DNA of 24,190 nucleotides from a virus. Lineage: Duplodnaviria; Caudoviricetes. The notes below the pieces were generated by a model, which saw nothing but the letters and a program-made list of their open reading frames with translations, was not told the DNA's origin and did not search any database. Made by a program: the position numbers and the translations under genes. The DNA lies in IMG/VR virus record IMGVR_UViG_3300045932_000138, positions 1 through 24,190 of that record; one strand, written 5' to 3'. Of this stretch, positions 1 to 7,249 are shown in pieces (within the stretch, counting starts at the first letter, position 1; each line of letters begins with the position of its first letter).

Positions 1-1
1 T

Positions 2-256
2 GACGGACCAGGTGCTCGGCGGCCAGCGGCCTCGCCGTGGGACGACGCCGTCTGGCTCCCCTGCCTCGACGGCAAAGCGCGGCGCGTTGAACCCAGCATT
101 CGTCCGCTGGTTGATGGGTCTGCCTTCGCGGTGGGATCAGGCGGCCCCCTTGAAGGCAAGTCGCGGGTAGGGATGCTCCGCGCGTACGGGAATGGTGTGG
201 TGCCCCAGGTGGCCGCCGCCGTTGTCCAGGCCTATCTGGCAATACGGCATGCGTAA
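2..256 (+). CDS. C5 DNA cytosine methyltransferase, C-terminal part (5'-partial)
   Basis: Manual translation of frame 2 gives ...WDDAVWLPCLDGKARRVEP...SRVGMLRAYGNGVVPQVAAAVVQAYL*, a motif X (YGNxVVPQVA) ending at TAA 254-256. Not in the ORF track because it is open at the edge. Confidence 0.8.
   Translation, partial: DGPGARRPAASPWDDAVWLPCLDGKARRVEPSIRPLVDGSAFAVGSGGPLEGKSRVGMLRAYGNGVVPQVAAAVVQAYLAIRHA
3..170 (+). CDS. Overlapping alternate-frame ORF carrying a C5-MTase motif IX-like segment (5'-partial)
   Basis: Frame 3 gives ...KRGALNPAFVRWLMGLPSRWDQAAP...*, stop TAG 168-170, fully nested in the MTase frame. Confidence 0.6.
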   Translation, partial: TDQVLGGQRPRRGTTPSGSPASTAKRGALNPAFVRWLMGLPSRWDQAAPLKASRG

Positions 257-353
257 TCCAGACCGGCGGCGGAAGGTCGCGGGACGCGGGCGGGCGGTGC
301 TCGCGCTCGCGTGGCTGGTGGAGACGTTCGGAGACCACGGGTGCGCGCCGTGA
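249..353 (+). CDS. Micro-ORF, 34 aa (MRNPDRRRK...AWLVETFGDHGCAP)
   Basis: ATG lies just inside the MTase 3' end; its TGA overlaps the next GTG (GTGA). Confidence 0.4.
   Translation: MRNPDRRRKVAGRGRAVLALAWLVETFGDHGCAP
309..328 (+). repeat. 20-bp direct repeat GCGTGGCTGGTGGAGACGTT, copy 1
   Basis: Identical to 714-733. Confidence 0.9.
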
Positions 354-628
354 CCCACGAGGACGACGTGCGGCGGGCGGAGGACGAGTTTCTGGCGGCG
401 ACGCGACGCTGCACCCATGCGGCCACGATCTGCTACGAGTGCGGTGGTCGGCTCATCCGCGACATGCGTGCGGAGGGCAGCTGGCTCCCCGACGAGTACG
501 AAGCCGAGATGCAGGAGTTGAAGCGCCGGCTCCAGCAGGCCGAGGCCGAGGTTGCCCGCCACAAGGCCGAGATGGAGCGTTTCATCGCATGGCTCGGGCA
601 GCGGCTCGCCGTGGGCGCGCCGTCATGA
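350..628 (+). CDS. Hypothetical protein, 92 aa (CxxC plus C-terminal coiled coil)
   Basis: GTG at 350 coupled to the upstream stop; same frame as track ORF 311..628. Confidence 0.65.
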   Translation: MTHEDDVRRAEDEFLAATRRCTHAATICYECGGRLIRDMRAEGSWLPDEYEAEMQELKRRLQQAEAEVARHKAEMERFIAWLGQRLAVGAPS

Positions 629-687
629 CCCGCCCGACCGGGCCGTACAACGCACCCTGGCCGCCTGAGCAGGCGCAGGCCGCATGA
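625..687 (+). CDS. Micro-ORF, 20 aa (MTRPTGPYNAPWPPEQAQAA)
   Basis: ATGA overlaps at both ends. Confidence 0.4.
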   Translation: MTRPTGPYNAPWPPEQAQAA

Positions 688-746
688 GCCTGCGCGATGA
701 CCTGTTCTACGCGGCGTGGCTGGTGGAGACGTTTCGCGGGCGATGA
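684..746 (+). CDS. Micro-ORF, 20 aa (MSLRDDLFYAAWLVETFRGR)
   Basis: ATGA overlaps at both ends; shares AWLVETF with 249..353. Confidence 0.45.
   Translation: MSLRDDLFYAAWLVETFRGR
714..733 (+). repeat. 20-bp direct repeat, copy 2
   Basis: Identical to 309-328. Confidence 0.9.
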
Positions 747-1180
747 TCACGTTCTTCTGTCCAGGCATCCCGAAGGCGAGCCAGACGGGGTCCGTGGTGC
801 GGCGTCCTGATGGCCGGGCCTTCCCGTTGCGCCGCAACACCGCGTGGGGCGACTACGTGGCCGTCGTGGCCCGCGAGCATGCGCCGATGCGGCCCCTCAT
901 CGGGCCGCTCGTCCTCGACCTCGTCTACACGTTCCCGCGGCCCCGCGCGGTCTCGCCACGCCATCGTCCGGCGCCCTGCGTGCGGCCCGATGCTGAGAAC
1001 CTGCTCAAACACCAGCTCGACGCGCTGAATGGCGTGCTCTGGAAGGATGACGCGCAGATCGTGGACCTTCGCGTGCGGAAGGTCTACGGGTCCAAGCCCG
1101 GCTTGACATTGACCGTCGCTACGCTGACCCAACCTGTCACCGCGCCAGGGGAGGCGCTATGGCCCGCATCAGAACCTTAA
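743..1180 (+). CDS. rusA: RusA-family Holliday junction resolvase
   Basis: Motif RPDAENLLK..LDALNGVLWKDDAQIVDL plus FPRP; ATG 743 in an ATGA overlap. Confidence 0.9.
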   Translation: MITFFCPGIPKASQTGSVVRRPDGRAFPLRRNTAWGDYVAVVAREHAPMRPLIGPLVLDLVYTFPRPRAVSPRHRPAPCVRPDAENLLKHQLDALNGVLWKDDAQIVDLRVRKVYGSKPGLTLTVATLTQPVTAPGEALWPASEP

Positions 1181-1899
1181 AGCCAGAGGCGATGCTCCAC
1201 CGGAAGGTCGGCCGGCTGTCCGATCGTGCGTTCCGTCTGTGGGTCGCGATGCTGACGCAGGCCGACGATCATGGACGGCTCATCTTCGATCCGGACCAGT
1301 TTCGGGTGCTCGTGTGGGGATATCACGCCCGGGTCCGACCTGCGGACGTGGTCCAAGGCCTCGAGGAGGTGGTCTCTACAGGGTTGGTCCGTGGATACGC
1401 TGTGGATAACGGTGGACAACCTGTGGATAACGGTGGACAACCCGATTCGCCCCTTTACCTCGAGTTTCACTCCTGGCACGACCATCAGAAGGTCTCGCAT
1501 CCAGCAAAATCGCGCCTTCCCGCGTGGACGGCCGCTGGCGCCGAGGCTTTCTCTAGAGCCCTCACGAGGATGCGCGAGGTTTCTAGAGGTCTCCAGAACC
1601 TTCCTCGAGGATCGATCTATCGATCTATCGATCTATCAAGACAGTCACGTGTGGATAACTCGGGCGCCCAGATGCCCGGTCGGACCCGGGTACAGGATCG
1701 GAGTTCTGGTGAACGGGATTCGACCGGCGACGAGGGCGATCCCCGAGGCCAACGCCCGGCGCGCCACGAAACCGCGCACCACGGCCCGAACCACGGCCAC
1801 CGACCCCTAGCACCCGTGGTCGCCGGCCTCCTGGCCTCGCTCGCCACGCGGAGTGAGCGAGGACTTCAAAATGTTCCGCAGGAACACGTCGAACTCTGA
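1159..1899 (+). CDS. Phage replication initiator / replisome-organiser-like protein
   Basis: N-terminus MARIRTLKPE...LSDRAFRLW..MLTQADDHGR and W.DHQK.SHP.KS.LP are typical of phage replication proteins. The gene contains origin-like repeats. Confidence 0.75.
   Translation: MARIRTLKPEAMLHRKVGRLSDRAFRLWVAMLTQADDHGRLIFDPDQFRVLVWGYHARVRPADVVQGLEEVVSTGLVRGYAVDNGGQPVDNGGQPDSPLYLEFHSWHDHQKVSHPAKSRLPAWTAAGAEAFSRALTRMREVSRGLQNLPRGSIYRSIDLSRQSRVDNSGAQMPGRTRVQDRSSGERDSTGDEGDPRGQRPARHETAHHGPNHGHRPLAPVVAGLLASLATRSERGLQNVPQEHVEL
1391..1660. promoter_or_regulatory. Candidate phage replication origin inside the initiator gene
   Basis: Three perfect DnaA boxes (1401, 1422, 1650), 10-bp-phased degenerate repeats at 1551-1610, and ATCGATCT x3 at 1611-1634. 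Confidence 0.65.
1400..1441 (+). repeat. Perfect 21-bp tandem repeat x2 (CTGTGGATAACGGTGGACAAC), each copy containing DnaA boxes
   Basis: TGTGGATAA (reverse complement TTATCCACA) at 1401-1409 and 1422-1430; degenerate GGTGGACAA at 1411-1419 and 1432-1440. Confidence 0.9.
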
Positions 1900-1910
1900 G
1901 GGAGTCTGCG

Positions 1911-2765
1911 ATGGACGACGAGACGCTCATGGTTGAGGTGGAACGCATTGCGGTCGAGATCGCGAACAAGTGGATCATCGTGGGACCGACGCCGGAGGAA
2001 TCATGGATCATCTGGCGGCGCGTCTGCGAGCTGATCGGGATTGAGCGTGACCACGAAGCGCTGAAGACGAATATCGATGAGGACCTGTGGTGCCTTAAGG
2101 CACCACAGCTTGATGGGCAGCGACGAGAAGTCTTCTGTGTCCGCTTGGCTGATGGCCTACCGTGGGCGCTGATGCGTATTGATAGCAGTCGTACTGCGAA
2201 ATCGGATCTCGTGCGCGGCATCCAGCGCAACTTGGCCCGCATCATCACCGAGATCCTCTTCAACACGGGCGACGGGCAGCAACCAGCCAGCAATCTCCGT
2301 GCTCTGTTCGGTGAGACCACCGGGTACACGTTGCCGTTGCGGTTCCAGGAACCGCACGTCGCACAGCCGCTCGATCCGCCCGATCTCGAGGGAGTCATCC
2401 GCGGCGAGACCGCAAGCCAGCTCGATGCCGTCAAGTACGCCATCGTCGAGGACATCGCGAAGGTGGTTCGCGGAGTCGTCGACAAGGCGACCGATAGGCT
2501 GATCTCCGACATCGATGACCTCGGGCACGATGTGCGCGGCGGGGACCGCCTGATCGCGGAGCGACTCAGCAAACTCATCGACGTACACGAGGACTTGCGG
2601 GCCAATCCCAAGAAGACCGAGAAGCGGGCGTGGCGGATGCTCCGCGACGCCTTTAATCGCCACAACGGCGAGTTGCCGTGTCTGTGCAATCGGCCCACGC
2701 GGCCACCGCGCGCGCGACGTGAGCCCCTGAACTACTGCCCGCGGCATCAGCAGGAGCTCTTCTGA
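1911..2765 (+). CDS. Antirepressor-like protein (P22 Ant N-terminal-like domain), 284 aa
   Basis: SD GAGGGAG upstream. WIIWRRVCELIGI...DGQRREVFCVRL...LPWALMRIDSSR resembles the P22 antirepressor N-domain pattern (by-eye similarity only). Confidence 0.55.
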   Translation: MDDETLMVEVERIAVEIANKWIIVGPTPEESWIIWRRVCELIGIERDHEALKTNIDEDLWCLKAPQLDGQRREVFCVRLADGLPWALMRIDSSRTAKSDLVRGIQRNLARIITEILFNTGDGQQPASNLRALFGETTGYTLPLRFQEPHVAQPLDPPDLEGVIRGETASQLDAVKYAIVEDIAKVVRGVVDKATDRLISDIDDLGHDVRGGDRLIAERLSKLIDVHEDLRANPKKTEKRAWRMLRDAFNRHNGELPCLCNRPTRPPRARREPLNYCPRHQQELF

Positions 2766-2959
2766 GTTTCCGTGGATGTTGGTCGTGTGGTGCTCACGGG
2801 CCGTGCGAGGAATACTGCGAGTGTGCTAAGTGCGTTGATCCTGAAGGCTACGCGCAGTGGCGGGAAAACGACCCGGAAGGATATGACGCATGGCTCGAGC
2901 GGCAAGAACTGGATGAAGAAGAAGAATGCGACTGCCCGAGCTGCAAGGCGGAATGGTGA
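2762..2959 (+). CDS. Cys-rich acidic small protein, 65 aa, apparent CTG start
   Basis: SFRGCWSCGAHGPCEEYCECAKCVDPEGYAQWRENDPEGYDAWLERQELDEEEECDCPSCKAEW*. SD AGGAG at 2752-2756; CTGA overlap with the upstream stop. Confidence 0.6.
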   Translation: MSFRGCWSCGAHGPCEEYCECAKCVDPEGYAQWRENDPEGYDAWLERQELDEEEECDCPSCKAEW

Positions 2960-3127
2960 GTGAGCCCCTGCGACAACTGCGGCCGCCGGCGGACGGGCCG
3001 GTGCGTCCGCTGCGGCCGCTCGGCGTGTACCGCGTGCGACCAGTGCCCGCGGTGCTGGCGGGCCGTGCTGTGTCTGGCCTGTGCCGCCGCGGCGCCGCAC
3101 CGCTGCGGCGAGGAGGTGGACCCATGA
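2960..3127 (+). CDS. Small zinc-finger-like protein, 55 aa, five CxxC pairs
   Basis: MSPCDNCGRRRTGRCVRCGRSACTACDQCPRCWRAVLCLACAAAAPHRCGEEVDP*; the stop overlaps the next ATG. Confidence 0.65.
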   Translation: MSPCDNCGRRRTGRCVRCGRSACTACDQCPRCWRAVLCLACAAAAPHRCGEEVDP

Positions 3128-3294
3128 CCATGCCCGCGTTCCTGCAACTGCTCGCGTTCGTGCTCGCGCTCGTGTCCTTCGCCCTGGCGGCGGCGAACGT
3201 GCCGGCCCGCTGGAACCTGATGGCCACCGGCCTGGCCGCCCTCACCGTGGGCCTGATCCTCGCCGGGTTGGCCGGCGTGCCGGTGCCGCGATGA
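3124..3294 (+). CDS. Small two-TM membrane protein, 56 aa (holin-like topology possible)
   Basis: Strong SD GAGGAGGT; two hydrophobic stretches; 3' part of track ORF 2926..3294. Confidence 0.7.
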   Translation: MTMPAFLQLLAFVLALVSFALAAANVPARWNLMATGLAALTVGLILAGLAGVPVPR

Positions 3295-3533
3295 GCCCGC
3301 CGCTGCACGCCGCCCTCGCCCGGGAGATTGCCGCCGGCTCCCTCGACGAGCTGGCCGGGCTCCTGAGCGCGTTCGTGCAGGCGCTCGAGTGCCGGGTCGG
3401 TCCGGAGCGGGCGCTCTACGTGCGCGTCGCGGCGGCCGGGCTGCACCACGAGCTCGAGCGGGCCCGGGGCATCCCGCGCCCGCCCGTCGTCCTCGAGCGC
3501 CAGGCCGCGCCGCCCGCGCGGGAGCTGCGGTGA
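3291..3533 (+). CDS. Hypothetical protein, 80 aa
   Basis: ATGA overlap; helical Ala/Leu-rich sequence. Confidence 0.6.
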   Translation: MSPPLHAALAREIAAGSLDELAGLLSAFVQALECRVGPERALYVRVAAAGLHHELERARGIPRPPVVLERQAAPPARELR

Positions 3534-3694
3534 CCGCCGGGCATCGCCTGGCACCGGGCTGCGGGTGTCTGCTCGAAATCCGCCGCGCGCGGTGGCGGCG
3601 CGTCCGCACGTGCGGGGCCCACACGACGATCCGGCTGCGCACGCTGCGCCCCGGCGTGGTCGTGCCGCTGCGTCGCCCCCGGACCCCGCGATGA
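3530..3694 (+). CDS. Hypothetical basic protein, 54 aa (CGC...CxxH)
   Basis: GTGA and ATGA overlaps; GGAG upstream. Confidence 0.5.
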   Translation: MTAGHRLAPGCGCLLEIRRARWRRVRTCGAHTTIRLRTLRPGVVVPLRRPRTPR

Positions 3695-3849
3695 CCCCGT
3701 GCGGCGAGGGCCTCGGGGCCGTGCTGGCATGGGGGGGCTGGCCGCTCACGGTCGGTCTGCTCATGCTCGCTGGCCTCACGGGGTTCTGCATCGGGTCCCT
3801 GCTCACGCGCGCCGTGCCCTTCGACGATCCGCCCGACTGGGGGCGCTGA
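3691..3849 (+). CDS. Small membrane protein, 52 aa
   Basis: ATGA overlap; hydrophobic WPLTVGLLMLAGLTGFCIGSLL. Confidence 0.55.
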   Translation: MTPCGEGLGAVLAWGGWPLTVGLLMLAGLTGFCIGSLLTRAVPFDDPPDWGR

Positions 3850-4116
3850 ATGCCGACCGTCGCCGGTCTGTGCCTGGCCTGTCACGGGCCGCTCGGCCCG
3901 TCGGGGGGCGTCCGCTACCGCTCGCGTCCGCGGCTCTACTGCAGCCCGTCGTGCAAGCAGGCCGCGACCCGGATGCGGACCCGTGGGGTAGGCCCATCGG
4001 TACAGCTTCTGCGACGCCGGCGGCTGCACGCGGCCCTCTGGGCGGCGCTCCGGGACCGGAGAACGCCGGAAGAGGTGGGGAATCCAGACATGACCGATGC
4101 GGACTGGCGACGCTGA
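3850..4116 (+). CDS. Zinc-finger protein, 88 aa
   Basis: CLAC...RPRLYCSPSCKQAATRMR pattern. Confidence 0.65.
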   Translation: MPTVAGLCLACHGPLGPSGGVRYRSRPRLYCSPSCKQAATRMRTRGVGPSVQLLRRRRLHAALWAALRDRRTPEEVGNPDMTDADWRR

Positions 4117-4493
4117 TGCCGTACGCGCCCCCGCGCCCCTGCCGCGTCGCCCGCTGCCCCGAGCTGGTCACCGACGCCCGCCCCTGCCCCGTGCACGGCC
4201 CCGCGCGACGAACCTATCCGTCGGGCCGCAGCGTATGGAAAGAATACGGCGGGAGCTTCTGGCTGGGCCTGCGGCGGGCCGTGCTCGCCGAGGAACCGCT
4301 CTGCCGCGCGTGTCTCACGGTCGGGCGCCCGACGCTCGCGGTCGACGTGGATCACATCCGGCCGCGGCGCCTCGGCGGCAGCGACGAGCGCGCCAATCTG
4401 CAAGCGCTGTGTCGCGGCTGTCATACTCGCAAGACGATGCGCGAGCGCGCCGCCGCCCGGCGCGCCGCGGAGGAGGATCTGCATGGCGCCTGA
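4116..4493 (+). CDS. Terminase-associated HNH endonuclease (HK97 gp74-like)
   Basis: EEPLCRAC...VDVDHIRPRRLGGSDERANLQALCRGCHTRKT; ATG in TGATG; located upstream of terS. Confidence 0.92.
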   Translation: MPYAPPRPCRVARCPELVTDARPCPVHGPARRTYPSGRSVWKEYGGSFWLGLRRAVLAEEPLCRACLTVGRPTLAVDVDHIRPRRLGGSDERANLQALCRGCHTRKTMRERAAARRAAEEDLHGA

Positions 4494-4977
4494 TCCGCAG
4501 CTGTTCCTGTCGCGCACCGCGGGCGGCACGTACCTGATCACGCAACTCCCGCCGATCGTCGAGAAGATCGTCGGCACGGATCGGCAGGACGTGTTCGCGC
4601 GCCCCGGCGAACCCGTGGACGTGCGGCATCTCTGTCCCGAGGCCATGCACGCGCTGTACAAGATCACGCTCGCCCCGCTCGAGATCATCCGCATCCGCCT
4701 CGGGATCGCGCCGCAGGCGGCGCGGCTCGTCGAGCCGCGGCCCTCGCGGGAGAGCGTGCGGGGGGCCGTCGCGTGTCGCGTCCGCTCCCGCGTCCTGGCC
4801 GATGCCCTCGCCGAGCGGCTCGAGGCAGACAACGGCCACGTCGATCCGCTCGAGCTCGTCGCGTGGGCGCAGGAGTATCGGCGGCTGCGGCGGCCCCCTG
4901 GGGGGATTTTTGGGCGCGACCGCCGCGACGCCAGAGCCGCGCAGCCCCCGATCGCGCATGATCTTTCGGCCGAGTGA
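4483..4977 (+). CDS. Hypothetical protein, 164 aa
   Basis: SD GGAGGAGG upstream; fills the HNH-terS interval. Confidence 0.65.
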   Translation: MAPDPQLFLSRTAGGTYLITQLPPIVEKIVGTDRQDVFARPGEPVDVRHLCPEAMHALYKITLAPLEIIRIRLGIAPQAARLVEPRPSRESVRGAVACRVRSRVLADALAERLEADNGHVDPLELVAWAQEYRRLRRPPGGIFGRDRRDARAAQPPIAHDLSAE

Positions 4978-5016
4978 GGTTACCCGCCCCGCGAGGGGCA
5001 GAGCGGAGGACACGAG

Positions 5017-5358
5017 ATGCCGCAGACCCTTGCCGCGCAGATCGCGCGTGAACTGATCACGCAATTTGGGGCCACGAGCGTAGTGCGGCGCATCGCGGAG
5101 CAGGCCGGGCGGTTCCTGGAGCTCGCGGAGGCGGCCCGGGAGGAAGTCGCGCGCGACGGCGTGACCCTGCGGGTCAAGAGCGGGCGCTTCCGCCATCCGG
5201 CCGTCGAAATCGAGCGGACGATGCGGCTCGCGTACCTGCAGGCGCTGCGCCAGCTCGAGGCGCCGCGACGGAGCAAGGTCGGCAAACCGCCGATGGGCGA
5301 GGCGCTGTCGGACGCGACGGCCGAGCGGGCGAGCCGGTTCTTCACGCGGACGGCCTGA
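5017..5358 (+). CDS. terS: Terminase small subunit (P27-like)
   Basis: DGVTL...HPAVEIER...LRQL pattern; SD GGAGG; TGATG coupling to terL. Confidence 0.8.
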   Translation: MPQTLAAQIARELITQFGATSVVRRIAEQAGRFLELAEAAREEVARDGVTLRVKSGRFRHPAVEIERTMRLAYLQALRQLEAPRRSKVGKPPMGEALSDATAERASRFFTRTA

Positions 5359-7073
5359 TGCCGGCGCGCCCGGCCGCGTGGTGGGGTCGCGGGGCCCCGC
5401 CGCATGTCCGCTGGCCGGGCGTCACCATCCCGATTGACGACGGCGCGGGCAAGTATCGGTTCGACCGCCGCGCGGCCACCGATGCCGTGGACTTTGCGAC
5501 GGAGTGTCTGGGGCATCAGTGGCTGCCGTGGGTGCGCGAGCTGATCGTGCGCCCGGTCTTCGGCTGGAAGCGCGTGGCCGACCGGCGGCGCCGGTTCCGG
5601 CGCGTGTTCCTGGGCGTCCCGAAGCAGAACGGCAAGTCCACGAGCTCCGTCGTGCTGGCCGCGCTGATCGCGTATCAGCACGCGCGGCCCGGGACGACGG
5701 TGGTCATCGTCGGCGCCGCCAAGAGTCAGGCGGAAAACACGCTCGAGCCGTTGAAGCGGATGATCCGCGACTCGCCGATCCTCCGGACCCGCACGGAGGT
5801 ATACGCGCGGACCATCGTGATCCCGCAGCGCGACGTGCGGCTCGTCGTGCTGGCCGCGGATGCGTCGGGTTCGCACGGCTACCGCATCGCGAGCCTCGTC
5901 TACGAGGAACTGCACGCCGCCGGGTCGCGGGACCTGTTCGACGCGTTGTCGCGGTCGGTGGCGGCGCAACCCGAGCCGCTGATCCTGCTGCCGACGACGG
6001 CGGGCGACGATCCCGAGAGCCTCTGCGCGGAGGAGTGGAGTTACGCGGAGAAGGTGCGCGAGGGGATCGTGCCGGACGAGACGCTGCTCCCCGTGTTCTT
6101 CTCCGCGCGGGATGACGAGCCGTGGGATGCGCCGGCCACGTGGGAGCGGACGAATCCGAGTCTGGGCCTCACGGTGCAGCGCGATTACCTCGAGCGCGAG
6201 GTGCAGGCGGCGCAGGCCGAGCCGCGCAAGCGGGCGTCCTTCGCGCGGTATCACCTGAACCGCTGGGCCGCCGCAGTGGGGGCGTGGCTCCCGCTGCCGC
6301 AGTGGGAGGCGTGCGCGGGGGCGTTGCCGTCGGACGCCGAGCTCGCGATCCTGCCGTGCGTCGGGGGCCTCGATCTCTCGAGCAAGTTCGATCTCTCGGC
6401 GCTGACGCTCGTGTGGTGGCGGCCGTCGACGCGGCCCGCGGAGGCGATCACGCTGACGGGGGCGACGGAGCAGGCGCCGCACGCGACGGGGACGCGGGCG
6501 GCGACGCTCGACGTGGAGCTCTTCACGCGCACCTGGTTCTGGATTCCCGAGGCGACGGCGCGGCAGCACGAGCTCGAGGACCAGGCGCCGTATCGCCTGT
6601 GGGCCGAGCAGGGCTGGCTCACGCTGACGCCCGGGGACATCGTGGATTACGAGTTCATCCACCGGACGCTCACGGAGACGATCCTGCCCACGATGGCGCT
6701 CGCGAGCCTCGGCTACGATCCCTACAGCGGCACGATGCTCTCGACGGCGCTGCGGGCGGCCGGGGTGCCGATGGTCGAGGTGACGCAGTCGTTCAAGAAT
6801 TTGTCCGAGCCGAGCCAGTATCTGGAGGCGCTGATCCGGAGTGGCCGCCTCACGCATCCGGGGTCGCCGGTGCTGCGGTGGAACGTGAGTAATTGCGGGG
6901 TGCGGACAGGCGCGTATGGCGACATCATCCCGACGAAGCTCGCCGCGCGGCGGCGGATCGATGGCGTCACGGCGCTCGTCATCGCGTTGAGCCGATGGAT
7001 CCGGCACGCCGGCGTGCCGGCGGGGGAGGAGGTCTCGGCCTATGCGGATGGGCATGCACTCCTCACGGTCTGA
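5358..7073 (+). CDS. terL: Terminase large subunit
   Basis: Walker A VPKQNGKST, Walker B-like LVYEELH, coupling motif TTAG, nuclease motifs GGLDLSSKFDL, YDPY and RIDGVTAL. Confidence 0.96.
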   Translation: MPARPAAWWGRGAPPHVRWPGVTIPIDDGAGKYRFDRRAATDAVDFATECLGHQWLPWVRELIVRPVFGWKRVADRRRRFRRVFLGVPKQNGKSTSSVVLAALIAYQHARPGTTVVIVGAAKSQAENTLEPLKRMIRDSPILRTRTEVYARTIVIPQRDVRLVVLAADASGSHGYRIASLVYEELHAAGSRDLFDALSRSVAAQPEPLILLPTTAGDDPESLCAEEWSYAEKVREGIVPDETLLPVFFSARDDEPWDAPATWERTNPSLGLTVQRDYLEREVQAAQAEPRKRASFARYHLNRWAAAVGAWLPLPQWEACAGALPSDAELAILPCVGGLDLSSKFDLSALTLVWWRPSTRPAEAITLTGATEQAPHATGTRAATLDVELFTRTWFWIPEATARQHELEDQAPYRLWAEQGWLTLTPGDIVDYEFIHRTLTETILPTMALASLGYDPYSGTMLSTALRAAGVPMVEVTQSFKNLSEPSQYLEALIRSGRLTHPGSPVLRWNVSNCGVRTGAYGDIIPTKLAARRRIDGVTALVIALSRWIRHAGVPAGEEVSAYADGHALLTV

Positions 7074-7083
7074 GGGGAGCGCG

Positions 7084-7248
7084 GTGGAGTGGCTGAAGCC
7101 GCGCGAGCTCGCGGCGCGCGAGGGCGTGAGCCGGTCGACGCTGTGGCGATGGAAGGAGAAGGGCCTCGTGCGGGCGCGGCGGTTCGAGGCGCGCACGGGC
7201 GTACAGATGCGGCTGGTGGATCGTCGCGACGGCGACGGCGAGGGATGA
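7084..7248 (+). CDS. Small HTH DNA-binding protein (Xis/MerR/BldC-like), 54 aa
   Basis: WLKPRELAAREGVSRSTLWRWKEKGLV; SD GAGGGGAG ahead of GTG 7084. Confidence 0.8.
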   Translation: MEWLKPRELAAREGVSRSTLWRWKEKGLVRARRFEARTGVQMRLVDRRDGDGEG

Positions 7249-7249
7249 G

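Noticed and set aside
985-1010. RusA DAEN instead of DxDN as a sign of inactivation
   Set aside because: Conservative acidic substitution with the rest of the motif intact; not enough to call a pseudogene.
2772-2963. Track ORF of 63 aa and the 5' half of 2926..3294
   Set aside because: The Cys-rich frame (2762..2959, 2960..3127) is more protein-like and fits the SD and overlap pattern.
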